IMG/VR virus record: IMGVR_UViG_3300033148_001360
Coordinates: 1-43,631 of that record
From: a virus
Lineage: Duplodnaviria > Caudoviricetes
Direction: 5' to 3' (one strand)
DNA: 43,631 nt
How positions within the stretch are numbered: position 1 is the stretch's first letter; each line of letters starts with the position of its first letter. The position numbers and the translations under genes were made by a program. Of this stretch, positions 28,087 through 38,036 are shown piece by piece. The notes under the pieces are model-generated. The model was not told the origin of the DNA. It saw only the letters and a program-made list of their open reading frames with translations, and did not search any database.

Positions 28087-29463
28087 CTATGGATACGTAA
28101 CGTATTTTCCATCATCATCAAGGATAAAGAAACCACTTTCATTTACAACAAAAGTCTTCATGCATTCTGCAAGTTCAGCCATTCTGCTTTCCCGTGTACC
28201 GCCGATATAAACCCTGAGACATCGAACACGCCCAGGGAATAACAAGTCAGGGCAGAATATAAAGTCATTAAGTAAGTCGAATAACTCACCGCAGTAAGTT
28301 CCTTCTGTAAAATCTGAACCATTAGCAGCTAAGGCCATTAATGCTTCAGCAGAATCAATATCAAAAGCAATCTTATCAACACCTGCTCCTGATATATTTA
28401 CAGTATTGCTGTCCGTATCTTCAAGCTCATAAAGCAACGTGCTTGCATCCCACGTCAACCCACAATTAAAAGCTCTCTGGCTTCCGTCTAGTTCTACTTC
28501 AGCGTAAAAAGCGAGGGCTGTATTATTGAAATTTTCTATTGCCCATGCAGGGTTTAATGAGGCTGTCGGGGCTGGTGCTCCACTTGTGATTATCGGGAGC
28601 AAATTCTTAGCTTCTGCGATGGTTTTGCCGATATGGTCACTTACATGGCTATATGTGGAATCCCCTGGAATTGTGTTGCTTACACCGCCCGCCAGCGTCC
28701 CACCTGTTACATAAGCATATAATAACACAGATGTGTTTGTTCCTGTGTCGTTGTATTGTGTTAAGACTTGCCACAAGTCTCCTCGATCAACAACCTCTGA
28801 GGCGTTGGCTGCTGTAGTTACAAAAACGCCAGTTTCAGGATTAAAATAACTGTTTTTATTTGCGCCGTTTATATTGTCTCTTATCCTGATTGTGTGATTT
28901 ACAGCGGTTTTCTTTTTAACCCACCTACAGAGTGTTAAAACTGAGTTTGCAGGGACAGTTATAGCATCAAATACATAACCACCACCAACAGCATCTGTGA
29001 GCTTAGACGCTGTATTGGGTTTGCCCCCTATCCCCACTTGATCATAAGTAGGGGTACAATTAGATACTATCCAAGCAGCGTCAGTCATGTCTCTGCACTG
29101 ATGGAAGCTATTCAACCCATCCGGCTGGCTCACAGTCAAAGGCAATGGGTCGAGTAAATCTCCGCCAGAATCAGTAGCATAAACAGTATCTTCATCTACA
29201 AATCTACCCCCCCAGATTACATGCTTGTTAGCTCCAAATTCATGATAAACCCCTTCGTGATCTGGAGCAAGTAAAATAGATGTGTGGATTGAGGTAGGTG
29301 TGCCTGTGCCTTCAACTTGGAGTAGGAACTCGGTGCCTGAGTAGTAGGCTGCGAGAAAGGTGAGGGTGGGTGTCCCTGAGCCACCAATCCCATGCACAAA
29401 CCCGTCCCCTAATATGATAGGTTGCCCAATAGGAGCATATAGAGGTTGATTTATACTAATCAT
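28087..29463 (-). CDS. Tail fibre/spike-like protein with carbohydrate-binding-like segment
   Basis: 'NSFHQCRDMTDAAW...GKPNTASKL' pattern seen in phage fibre domains; C-terminal 'ILDDDGKYV'. Confidence 0.6.
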   Translation of the reverse strand: MISINQPLYAPIGQPIILGDGFVHGIGGSGTPTLTFLAAYYSGTEFLLQVEGTGTPTSIHTSILLAPDHEGVYHEFGANKHVIWGGRFVDEDTVYATDSGGDLLDPLPLTVSQPDGLNSFHQCRDMTDAAWIVSNCTPTYDQVGIGGKPNTASKLTDAVGGGYVFDAITVPANSVLTLCRWVKKKTAVNHTIRIRDNINGANKNSYFNPETGVFVTTAANASEVVDRGDLWQVLTQYNDTGTNTSVLLYAYVTGGTLAGGVSNTIPGDSTYSHVSDHIGKTIAEAKNLLPIITSGAPAPTASLNPAWAIENFNNTALAFYAEVELDGSQRAFNCGLTWDASTLLYELEDTDSNTVNISGAGVDKIAFDIDSAEALMALAANGSDFTEGTYCGELFDLLNDFIFCPDLLFPGRVRCLRVYIGGTRESRMAELAECMKTFVVNESGFFILDDDGKYVTYP

Positions 29464-29464
29464 C

Positions 29465-29767
29465 TTAAGCGCCCTCTATATCAATACCTACAACGCCTTT
29501 AGTTAATAGCTTCGTAATTCGATATGTCCCTGGCTTAACAATAACAAAATCCTCAAGATAATTACCAGAAAGTATTACATCTACAGGCGTTTGATTCGGA
29601 TTGATCCGCGAAGTAAGCGTCTTGTATGTACCATCACTATTCTTTAACTCAACTTTACCAACAACTTCAGAACCGAGCATGCCATAGCATGATACACCTA
29701 CTGAAGTATCGACAATAAAATCATCGCCAGTTGCTGCTGCTGTATTTGCTGCAATATATTCTGCCAT
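29465..29767 (-). CDS. Small virion structural protein
   Basis: AAGGA RBS; beta-rich 100-aa ORF. Confidence 0.6.
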   Translation of the reverse strand: MAEYIAANTAAATGDDFIVDTSVGVSCYGMLGSEVVGKVELKNSDGTYKTLTSRINPNQTPVDVILSGNYLEDFVIVKPGTYRITKLLTKGVVGIDIEGA

Positions 29768-29804
29768 AACATTATCCTTGTGATGTTTTTGTTAATCTTG
29801 TTAT

Positions 29805-30452
29805 TTACCTTAATTCCAAGCCACGAACATAATCAGGCAAACTTAATTCAAGCGTCTTCAGCGCAGTAAAGAAAAACTCACGATACTTGTCTGTGTTCGG
29901 AGTCTCTCCCTCAATCCCGTCTTCAATAAACTCATATGCTTTCCAACAAGCAAAATTCACCAACAAGCTCATATGTAAATGTAACGGAATCCCATCAGGC
30001 ACATCAGCATCCTCAACCATATCAACAGGCACTCGATAATAATGCACAATCACTTCTTCAGAAACACTTGGAATATTCAAATAATAAAACTTCTTACCAT
30101 GCTCAATCACTTCACTAATTGCGCCAGCCTTGTCTAATGCTGGACTCGTCTCAGTAAACTCAATAAACGAATTTGCAATATCAACCTCAGAGCCATTTGC
30201 CTTGACAGCAAACTGAAGAGTCCTATGAAAATTATCAGGCATATTAACAAAAGCCGTAGCAATATCAGTATCTACAGTCCCAATCGTAAACAGCTCAGGC
30301 AACGGAGGAGTAACAATACTCGCCAAACTCGATAACATTCCACCAGCAATCTCATTCACACCTTGATTGATTAACACTGGAATAGTATCATTTAAACCCG
30401 GATCAGAAACTAAAAGTATCGCTCTGTCTGTAAGTTCTTTAAAAGTAGCCAT
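29805..30452 (-). CDS. Head-tail adaptor protein
   Basis: 'MATFKEL...', 'VHYYRVP...DVPDGIPLHLH...LVNFACWKAY' fit podovirus adaptors; follows the head genes. Confidence 0.7.
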   Translation of the reverse strand: MATFKELTDRAILLVSDPGLNDTIPVLINQGVNEIAGGMLSSLASIVTPPLPELFTIGTVDTDIATAFVNMPDNFHRTLQFAVKANGSEVDIANSFIEFTETSPALDKAGAISEVIEHGKKFYYLNIPSVSEEVIVHYYRVPVDMVEDADVPDGIPLHLHMSLLVNFACWKAYEFIEDGIEGETPNTDKYREFFFTALKTLELSLPDYVRGLELR

Positions 30453-30697
30453 TATAAATCATCTCCAATTATAGGATCACTTGGATCAACAAACACTTCT
30501 TCCGGCTCAGGCCGATGCACAGGAACTTTCTGTTTCTCGCCTAACGGCTTTGGATCAGTATACTGAGGATGCTTAGGCTCCCAGCAAGTATCCGCACATA
30601 CAAACAGATTATTCCAAGTCATTTTACACTCAGACGCCAGCCGTTCAAAGCCGCACTGATCACAAATAACTTTATAGTCACCAACATAATAAGCCAT
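30452..30697 (-). CDS. Small Zn-binding head-associated protein
   Basis: 'ICDQCGF...WNNLFVC..CWEPKHPQ'. Confidence 0.7.
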   Translation of the reverse strand: MAYYVGDYKVICDQCGFERLASECKMTWNNLFVCADTCWEPKHPQYTDPKPLGEKQKVPVHRPEPEEVFVDPSDPIIGDDL

Positions 30698-30713
30698 AAC
30701 AAAGCATCCTAAA

Positions 30714-30751
30714 ATTCTCTCAAAAACTAATCAACTAGCTCTTGAGAGAAT
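30714..30751 (-). terminator. Intergenic hairpin (possible terminator)
   Basis: ATTCTCTCAA...TTGAGAGAAT inverted repeat. Confidence 0.45.
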
Positions 30752-30764
30752 CAATAGTATTATC

Positions 30765-31172
30765 TTATGCACTACATGTGCAAACATCAGAGATCAGCAA
30801 CGAACCATCCGGCTTTACAAACACAACATAATAATCATCAGCAGTAGCAGTAATAGTCATGCCAAGCAAGCCCTCAGCAGTAGTCGTAAACAGACTTGGA
30901 CCAGCTCCACCTACATTAGTCAGTGCACCATTCGTCAACACGGCCAACGTAGTGTCAGCCAAATTATGAGTCAAGCCAGTATCAACTTCACTCAAATACA
31001 TCAGACCACTTACCGGAGCAGTAACCACATTGCCGGAAGCATCTTTAAAAACAAACTGCACACCACACGAGCCAGAAGCCGGTGTAGCCGCTGTCGTAAC
31101 ACTTGCAAAAGCAGGCATCAGCGACGTTCCATCAAATGTAGGGCCATCTTTACCAAACGAATATTTTCCCAT
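30765..31172 (-). CDS. Putative capsid decoration protein
   Basis: Immediately downstream of the major capsid gene; AGGAG RBS; Thr/Ala/Gly-rich. Confidence 0.55.
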   Translation of the reverse strand: MGKYSFGKDGPTFDGTSLMPAFASVTTAATPASGSCGVQFVFKDASGNVVTAPVSGLMYLSEVDTGLTHNLADTTLAVLTNGALTNVGGAGPSLFTTTAEGLLGMTITATADDYYVVFVKPDGSLLISDVCTCSA

Positions 31173-31237
31173 TTTACCACTCCTTATAAGAGCAACGATG
31201 AAAACTATTTTAGATTCATCGCCAGTAATAGTTAATA

Positions 31238-31267
31238 AACTGGCTGTTCATTATTGAACGACCAGTT
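31238..31267 (-). terminator. Hairpin downstream of the major capsid gene
   Basis: AACTGG-CT-GTTCA-TTAT-TGAAC-GA-CCAGTT, followed on the minus strand by a T-rich stretch. Confidence 0.5.
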
Positions 31268-31285
31268 AGTAAGGCATCACAGTTA

Positions 31286-32209
31286 TTATGATGCGCCAGG
31301 AGAACCGAAGATACCTCGAGCATCAGACCAGCCAAAGCTTCCACGAAAAGTAGCTTTAAACTTTGCATTCTCAGTATCGAAATCATTCTCGGTACCGAAA
31401 GCATCAGCACGACGTTCCATATACTTCAGACCATCCGGACAGTTAGTCTTAATAAACCAGGCATCATCGTCAGTAAGATAATGATTAACAGCAGTTCCTT
31501 TAGGAAACTTCTTACTGGCCTTAATTGCATTAATATCATTATTCGCAGTACCAGACTGTCCAATAGACTCAAGGATACGAAATGCATCGAACTCAAGACT
31601 GGAAGGAATAATCAACTGCTGAGGCTGGATCGCAATAGTCAAACCACGATCAGTTTTCAGCGCCGCAATATCAATACAGGCTTGCTCAAGAGCAGCCTCA
31701 CTCAGGTCGGCAGCAGTAGCCAGTTCATTCCGCCAAGTCCCTCCGCTCTTATTCGGATGGTCAGTAGCACAAAGCTCTTTACCATCACTTGAAGCGCCCA
31801 TCGTATAACTTGAGTTAAACGCACGATTCAGAACATTCGCACCAATAATTTCCTTGGTCTGGCGAATAGAGAATGCCAAAGCATTAGCTCTCCGTAACGC
31901 AACAGTCACAGCAATACCATCCTCGTACATTTCACGAGTAATGATAAACCCAAGCCCATAAGTCACATGAGTATAACGACTCACAAAACCTTGCTCTTGC
32001 TCATCATAAGCAATGCCGGCACCCTCAGTCTTAATCGCAGCAAGACCAAAGCCAGTAACTCCAGCTTCCTCTTCAAAGGCACGCTGAGAGTTTGCCTTCT
32101 CAAAAATACTCAAGTATTCAATCGGATACTCTTTGTACTTTTGCCCAAACCAAGTTTTCACACCTGGTACCAAATCTTTAGCAAAATTGCTAGTAGTAAT
32201 AACACCCAT
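31286..32209 (-). CDS. Major capsid protein (HK97 fold, Mu gpT-like family)
   Basis: 'GFGLAAIKTEGAGIAYD', 'YGLGFIITREMYED', 'DGKELCATDHP', 'NHYLTDDDAWF', 'RGSFGWSDARGIFGS'; GGAGG RBS. Confidence 0.9.
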   Translation of the reverse strand: MGVITTSNFAKDLVPGVKTWFGQKYKEYPIEYLSIFEKANSQRAFEEEAGVTGFGLAAIKTEGAGIAYDEQEQGFVSRYTHVTYGLGFIITREMYEDGIAVTVALRRANALAFSIRQTKEIIGANVLNRAFNSSYTMGASSDGKELCATDHPNKSGGTWRNELATAADLSEAALEQACIDIAALKTDRGLTIAIQPQQLIIPSSLEFDAFRILESIGQSGTANNDINAIKASKKFPKGTAVNHYLTDDDAWFIKTNCPDGLKYMERRADAFGTENDFDTENAKFKATFRGSFGWSDARGIFGSPGAS

Positions 32210-32257
32210 AATATTCCTCCGTTATTGATAAATCAGTTCGATCATCAATAAAATTTG

Positions 32258-32848
32258 TTACACGTCAGTAGCAATTAACATTTCATGCTCAACAATGAGA
32301 ACATCCCATTTGCAATAAGCCCCAAGTGCATTATCTTCACGATTAGAAACACGTAAAAGCTTACATTGCCCAAGAGCAGTTGCAGTATCACTTGAGTCAA
32401 GCTCCATTGCAGATTTTCCAGTAGCAGTACTACCAGAACCAACTGTGGCAATATCAGTAGACAGTCCTACCATATCCGCAGTCATATCATTGGCCGCATT
32501 GTCTTCTTGAATCTCAAAAATGACAAAAGGATCATCAACTACAAAAACATATCCAGCAGTTGATACCGGAAGATAATCACGATTCGGCGTTTCCGGATGA
32601 GTCATGGTAAAAGGATTATCTCCAAAACCAATAATAACTCCACGAATAACGTCACCAGCAGCAGCCTGAGCTACTGTAGGATACTTTCCACTAGCATCCG
32701 CAGAGCCAGCACTTTTGACTGCATCACCTTTAAACAACGCCGCAGCATTGCCAACCGGCACATAATACGCATTTACTTTTCCATTCCAAGGCCCGCCCAA
32801 CAAATGCCCGACTGGCTTAAACCCGAATGGAGTATCAATATTTGACAT
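32258..32848 (-). CDS. Capsid-associated protein (cement/decoration)
   Basis: 'NIDTPFGFKPV...FKGDAV...DDPFVIFEIQ' recurrent upstream of this capsid family. Confidence 0.65.
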   Translation of the reverse strand: MSNIDTPFGFKPVGHLLGGPWNGKVNAYYVPVGNAAALFKGDAVKSAGSADASGKYPTVAQAAAGDVIRGVIIGFGDNPFTMTHPETPNRDYLPVSTAGYVFVVDDPFVIFEIQEDNAANDMTADMVGLSTDIATVGSGSTATGKSAMELDSSDTATALGQCKLLRVSNREDNALGAYCKWDVLIVEHEMLIATDV

Positions 32849-32879
32849 AACTTACCTCATTTTAATTTAGATTAATAAT

Positions 32880-33305
32880 TTAGGAAATGCTTACTTGTCC
32901 ATCCAAGCCATCTTGTCCAGGTTTGTTTCTGGCGATCTCTCGCTCAACCTTGGTAATTGCAGCTTGACTGGCCTTTCGATCAGCATCATAATACTCTTCA
33001 GGAATCTCCATCAATACTGCACGCTGACCACCACCAACCGCAGGAGTAGCTCCACTCCCCATTGATGTTGCTCGTCCAGCTTTATCGTCACCAACTGATT
33101 CGACCATTTCTGCAGCCTTCCAGCCAGCGTCTTTAAAGGACTGAATACGATCCCCTTTGTCATTTACAAATCGGCGCACGAATCCGGGTTTCTTCGGTGC
33201 AGTTAAAATGTTTCTCGTACCTAACGGAACTCGCTTACGAGATTGCTTCTTCTCAGTAGGTGCCTTTGCACCATTCTCAGTTGTGCTTATCTTATTATCT
33301 GCCAT
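32880..33305 (-). CDS. Conserved phage head-module protein
   Basis: 'PGFVRRFVND...GW...VLMEIPEEYY'. Confidence 0.7.
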   Translation of the reverse strand: MADNKISTTENGAKAPTEKKQSRKRVPLGTRNILTAPKKPGFVRRFVNDKGDRIQSFKDAGWKAAEMVESVGDDKAGRATSMGSGATPAVGGGQRAVLMEIPEEYYDADRKASQAAITKVEREIARNKPGQDGLDGQVSIS

Positions 33306-33309
33306 CTTC

Positions 33310-34323
33310 TTACGCTCCTTGCATTTTTGCTATATCAGCAATATATTGTTCTTCTGTCATAATGCCGCCTTTAACAAACTGATTCATAATCGTTTGTTGC
33401 TCCGCAGATAAATCAGCCTTGGTAAAACTTCCAGCTTCAATCGCACGACTTGCCGCTTCTACAGGACTCTTCGGGCCGACAACTTTAACAGCAACCTTAC
33501 CATCATCAACTACCACAGCAGGCGTGTCCGTAGCTTTAGTTACGAACTTCTCAGGAAAAACTTCAGCTACCTTCTGCCGCACTATCGCATAAACACGATC
33601 AAGCGGCGCTCCAGCATATTGCTCCGCCACTGTCTCAGCATACTTGGCCATAGTATCGTCAGTCAGATACCAGTCATTATCTGCAACCCAAGTATCAAAC
33701 GCAGGGTTACTTGAAGGCTTATCCGCGACAGGAGCATTAATATCTTTTTGCACATCTTCAATCTGCTGGTCAAGCATTTCGACCTTAGCAACATCAGCAA
33801 GCTCAATCGCAGCTTTCTTTTCAGCTTTCAGCGAGGTTAATTCAGACTGAAGTTTTTTCACATCCGCCTTGTATACCCGCGTATTATGATCTTGCAACGC
33901 CTCAATAGATCCATTCAGGCCAGTCAACTGATTCTTCAGATCTTTATTATGACCTTTCATCGTCTTCTGAATATCTTTGGAACGCAGAATATAAGTCGCG
34001 GCATCAACAGCTTCAGCACCCTTATGATCTTTATTCCAGCCTAATTGAGAAGCGAGTTCCTCCACCTCAGGAGTAGCCGCTGGAGCGACAACAGCTTCAT
34101 CTGAGTCGGAAGGCACAACAGTTGTTTTTTCAACTATAGCGGCTTCCGGAGTGGAGGAACTCTTGTCCTTTTCAACCGCAGCAGCAGCAGGATCAACAAC
34201 TTCCGGATCAGTCTTTGCTGCAGGCTGGTCAATGGCTTTTGCTATATCAGCAGCCGCATCTTGTTCATTTGTAGCTGCAGTTTCATTTGCAGCAATAATT
34301 TCTTCTACATATTCTTCGCTCAT
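33310..34323 (-). CDS. Capsid scaffolding protein
   Basis: Acidic Ala-rich N-terminus, coiled coil, 'WVADNDWY', C-terminal 'MTEEQY'; lies between portal and capsid genes. Confidence 0.75.
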   Translation of the reverse strand: MSEEYVEEIIAANETAATNEQDAAADIAKAIDQPAAKTDPEVVDPAAAAVEKDKSSSTPEAAIVEKTTVVPSDSDEAVVAPAATPEVEELASQLGWNKDHKGAEAVDAATYILRSKDIQKTMKGHNKDLKNQLTGLNGSIEALQDHNTRVYKADVKKLQSELTSLKAEKKAAIELADVAKVEMLDQQIEDVQKDINAPVADKPSSNPAFDTWVADNDWYLTDDTMAKYAETVAEQYAGAPLDRVYAIVRQKVAEVFPEKFVTKATDTPAVVVDDGKVAVKVVGPKSPVEAASRAIEAGSFTKADLSAEQQTIMNQFVKGGIMTEEQYIADIAKMQGA

Positions 34324-34354
34324 CTTAATACCTATTTAAAAGAGTAATCGTCAG

Positions 34355-34681
34355 CTAGCTCGTTAATCTGGCCAGCACATCAACATCATTAATTAACATA
34401 TAGCTTTCGCCATCAGCGCCAGTCATTGTCACGCCCGCATAACGAGAATAACTAATCTTATCTCCTACACGCGCCCAGGGCTTGCCATCATCAAGATCAG
34501 TCCAAGCACTTGATCCAACAACTACTAAGGTACCTTCAGTCGCTGCTTGCTGTTCTTTGTCTCGAGTATCTTCTGGAATAATGATTCCACCAGAAGTAAC
34601 CTCTTCGACTTTCTTCGGCAGCACTAGCAAGTGCCCTCCAGTCGGCTCAATGCCAGACTTGTTAATTAATTCGCTCATCAT
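34355..34681 (-). CDS. groES: GroES-like co-chaperonin
   Basis: 'IEPTGGHLLV', mobile loop 'EEVTSGGIIIP', 'GTLVVVG', 'VGDKISYSRYAG', 'LINDVDVLA'. Confidence 0.92.
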   Translation of the reverse strand: MMSELINKSGIEPTGGHLLVLPKKVEEVTSGGIIIPEDTRDKEQQAATEGTLVVVGSSAWTDLDDGKPWARVGDKISYSRYAGVTMTGADGESYMLINDVDVLARLTS

Positions 34682-34821
34682 ATTACTCCTTTAAATAATT
34701 GTTAAGCTATAACAGTTAAAAATCTATTTCAAACACTTTCAAACGTTTTGTGATCCCAGACCAGTCGCAAGCTCCTGGCCTAAGCGGGATCAGGGGGGGC
34801 TCGCAAGTTAGGCGTCTCTTC

Positions 34822-35076
34822 TCAGTGCCCTGTGACATCACTCACTTCATCAGCCACTTCATCTACTTCATACGAAATATTGAGCAGCTGATTCAATCCT
34901 TCGATCTGTCCAACTAACTTAGACGTCATACCATGCGTCTCATCAGCGGTCTGGGCTAATGTATGTCCACCCGCTAGGCGATCTTGTAAGTCTTTCTTTG
35001 CTTCTTCAAGCAAACCAAATATCTCTTTAGTTACTGGATGCTCTTTCCATTCAGCAAACTGTTCTGCTGTATTCAT
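34822..35076 (-). CDS. Hypothetical head-module protein
   Basis: 'FAEWKEHPVTK' N-terminus; GGAG RBS. Confidence 0.7.
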   Translation of the reverse strand: MNTAEQFAEWKEHPVTKEIFGLLEEAKKDLQDRLAGGHTLAQTADETHGMTSKLVGQIEGLNQLLNISYEVDEVADEVSDVTGH

Positions 35077-35119
35077 AATCTTCGCTCCAAAGAAAGCAAA
35101 AGCGCTTTCCAGTTTAAAT

Positions 35120-35434
35120 TTAACCTTCTACAAAAAGCTTTTGCTTCAGTGCATAGCCTTCTAGTTCCCAAACCTTGTTCTGACTGTTTGTAATAGCAAT
35201 GTCCTCGCCAATCGCCGCATCATCATTCTCATTCGATACGCTACAAGAGTGCTTGCCTACAACAGCAAAACCATTTTCCATCGTCAACACAGCCCAACGT
35301 AAAACCTGCCCAGTACTAGAAACAAACTTTACTATTTCAATATTTTTAATCTTGTCATGCAGTTCGTCAAGACTCACTCGCGGAGAAGTCAATCCTTTCG
35401 CCTGAACTTCTTTTTCAATTTCTTCATCCGTCAT
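35120..35434 (-). CDS. Phage protein, N4 gp49/Sf6 gp66-like
   Basis: 'PRVSLDEL...VLTMENGFAVVG.SCSVS.ENDDAAIG..IA...VWELEGY'. Confidence 0.8.
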   Translation of the reverse strand: MTDEEIEKEVQAKGLTSPRVSLDELHDKIKNIEIVKFVSSTGQVLRWAVLTMENGFAVVGKHSCSVSNENDDAAIGEDIAITNSQNKVWELEGYALKQKLFVEG

Positions 35435-35436
35435 GA

Positions 35437-37614
35437 TTATCGCTCCTCTTGATTATTGCTCTTTAAACCATACTCTCTTTTAGCAGTATAGTTCGTTATT
35501 CCCTCAGGCGCTTTGCCAATCGATTGCTGGCTACGTCCAAGTTGTATCTGATTCATTACTGACGCGCCTTCCAGCTGCAGCTTCTTATCATCATTCTCAA
35601 CACCTGCAACAGTCTTGTCTTGATTATAATACTCACTAGCTTCCTTGGCATAGTTCAGAGCAGTTTCAGACTTGAGCTTTTCAATCTTTTCATTCAGCTC
35701 ACCAAGCTCTGCTTGTACCTTTTGCAGCGTTAGCTCTTCTGCAGGATCTTGGCCTTGATCTTCTGGAATCAACGCAGCAACATCATCAATATCCATTGCC
35801 TTCAAGTAGCGTTTAAAAATCTCTTGATCATTCAGTCCTTGCCCGCGCAGCTCCAGCATGGCCTTCGCCTTGAGCATCCGCTGCATCATCGTCGTATTGT
35901 TCGGATCACTTACAGGCACAACATCAAGGTCTTCATTAAAGAAGTCTTCTTGCACTACAGCTTTCTCGTCCAATACAGCACTGTAAGTCATCTGATCAAG
36001 ATAAAGTGCATTCAGTCGCCTCAGCTTGGTAAACTCTTTATATTGTGCTCGATGAATCCGCTTATGAATCGCAGAATAAACTTGCAAGCCTTGCTCAATC
36101 AACGCAAGCACTGACTCAGCAGGAACGTTCGCACCTGGCGAGTTACCTGCCAAGATCTCGGTCATGCCAGCAAGTTCTTTCCCGCTATCAATCATCAGGC
36201 CAAGCAACTGAAACAGTACGCTTGAAGGTTCTCTGACAGGCATCGGAAATACGTTCTTTCGTAAGTCATCTCCAGTCGCATCAACAGGCTTCCACTCACC
36301 AGACTTAACATGAATACTTTTGCCACGACCTAACTTTAACCCGCGCCCTAAAAATCCTGCTTGCCTATTCGATGCAGTACCAGCATCAAGCAGCTGATTA
36401 ACAACTGTATTAATCGCCGAGTTAATGCTCATCAGCAATGAGCCAAAGCCCATCCCATAAAAGCCGCCATCAAGACTAGGCATAAAGATATATCGAGTAA
36501 AATATTGCTCAGGCATGATTTTGATTATCTTGCCTTCAGCTTTCACCAGTCCATCATCACCTTGCTCGCGAATAATTCCATCAGAGGCAAATCTTGGCGC
36601 AATCCTTACTAGCTTTTGCGATTCTTCATGAACAGTTACTATGTAGGGTTCTTGATAGCCGTCACCATCTAAGTCATACCAGCGATGCTGCTCAAGAAAC
36701 AAATGCGGCGTCTCATCATCAACATCAGAAGTCTTATCGGAAGTTGCCTGCCCTAGCTCAGCCGGATCAAACTGGATAAACACTCCAGCAGTTATGCGCT
36801 CAACAATTTCATTATGATAGAGATAAATCTTATGTGTTGCTCGTGGTGCGCGCTCAAGCGATTCAGCAAAATAATTGACTACTAGATCATCAGCAAAGAC
36901 CAACGCAGATACATTACGTCGGTCAATCGAATCAAAATAAGTCTTCTTAAATGCACAACCAATCGCTGGCAGCGTGAACAACATCTGATCAACGCCCTCT
37001 TCCCAATCTGACATATTGTTCAGCAGTTGAAACGACATGAACTCGCTAATGCGCTGAGCTTGTTCAAACTTCTTACCGTCTGGATCAGCGCCAACTACTT
37101 TACCTTTAACAACGTTATTGCCTTTAATAATTTCAGGATACGCTCGTGAGGCAAACTGAATGCAGGCATTAGTAATCAGAGGATACTTTATATTCGCAAC
37201 TGTTTCCCCGTTATAGGTTTTCTTCTTAACTAACAACTTCGCAAGATCAATAATCTGCTTATTCAGGGCTTCCCAATCCTTTCGTGAAGCTAGGTCAGTC
37301 TTATAACCTTCGAGCACTTTCGTAGTCAGATCAGCAATAACTTCTTTTGATTGCTTGTCCGCTACGTTAGTCAACAGTACGATTGCTTCAGCACGCAAAA
37401 CTTCTTTTTCTATTTGCGGAATCAGATCAGCGTCTGCTTGAGCTTGCTCGTCAAGAATATCACTTACTGGCTGCTCAGCTGACCATACCGGAGCATCGTC
37501 AGTCGCCGATACTTCTTGATCTGGCAACATATCAGTTGGCATGGCTGCTTCAGCTTCTTCTCCAATAATATCTGTCACTGGAAATTCTAGCCCTGTTTGA
37601 TTATTTTGTGCCAT
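35437..37614 (-). CDS. Portal protein
   Basis: 725 aa downstream of TerL; 'YPLITNACIQF', 'GCAFKK', 'LEQH...DLDGDGYQEPYIVTV', 'NQLLDAGT', 'PVSDPN'. Confidence 0.9.
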   Translation of the reverse strand: MAQNNQTGLEFPVTDIIGEEAEAAMPTDMLPDQEVSATDDAPVWSAEQPVSDILDEQAQADADLIPQIEKEVLRAEAIVLLTNVADKQSKEVIADLTTKVLEGYKTDLASRKDWEALNKQIIDLAKLLVKKKTYNGETVANIKYPLITNACIQFASRAYPEIIKGNNVVKGKVVGADPDGKKFEQAQRISEFMSFQLLNNMSDWEEGVDQMLFTLPAIGCAFKKTYFDSIDRRNVSALVFADDLVVNYFAESLERAPRATHKIYLYHNEIVERITAGVFIQFDPAELGQATSDKTSDVDDETPHLFLEQHRWYDLDGDGYQEPYIVTVHEESQKLVRIAPRFASDGIIREQGDDGLVKAEGKIIKIMPEQYFTRYIFMPSLDGGFYGMGFGSLLMSINSAINTVVNQLLDAGTASNRQAGFLGRGLKLGRGKSIHVKSGEWKPVDATGDDLRKNVFPMPVREPSSVLFQLLGLMIDSGKELAGMTEILAGNSPGANVPAESVLALIEQGLQVYSAIHKRIHRAQYKEFTKLRRLNALYLDQMTYSAVLDEKAVVQEDFFNEDLDVVPVSDPNNTTMMQRMLKAKAMLELRGQGLNDQEIFKRYLKAMDIDDVAALIPEDQGQDPAEELTLQKVQAELGELNEKIEKLKSETALNYAKEASEYYNQDKTVAGVENDDKKLQLEGASVMNQIQLGRSQQSIGKAPEGITNYTAKREYGLKSNNQEER

Positions 37615-37751
37615 AAAGGTTGCCTATTTATTTTTGGCAAAGGCCGCTAAGCCGCCTACCATAAAATCAGTTGTTTAAATATTGCTCGCATCAGGCGAGG
37701 AGCAGAGCTCCTCGGTTCGTACTTGTCACGCTTGGTCCACATATTCTGTGG

Positions 37752-37979
37752 CTAGTAACCTAGTTCCGATAAAGCTTTTTGTATCGCGACTACTGGCGAA
37801 ACAGCAGGAAGACTCCAACACACTTCTTTTTCTTGACTTGTTTTTGGAGTAAACTCGATATGTTCTTTTGTAAGTTCAGAGCATCTTTGGCAAGGTATGT
37901 CACCATAGTATTGAAACGGCTGGCCAGATGTCACCATCTTCATTAATCCGTAATTAGCGCACTCAGTACATTTACTCAT
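37752..37979 (-). CDS. Small Zn-binding protein inserted between TerL and portal
   Basis: Start at MSKCTEC behind AGGAG; two CxxC pairs. Confidence 0.6.
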   Translation of the reverse strand: MSKCTECANYGLMKMVTSGQPFQYYGDIPCQRCSELTKEHIEFTPKTSQEKEVCWSLPAVSPVVAIQKALSELGY

Positions 37980-38036
37980 AATTGTTTCGCTCCTATTAAC
38001 TTGCTGTTCATTTTTGAACACCAAGTTATGTTCTTG

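Noticed and set aside
19821-29463. Diversity-generating retroelement or invertible tail-fibre cassette
   Set aside because: No reverse transcriptase or recombinase, and no template/variable repeat pair noticed by eye.
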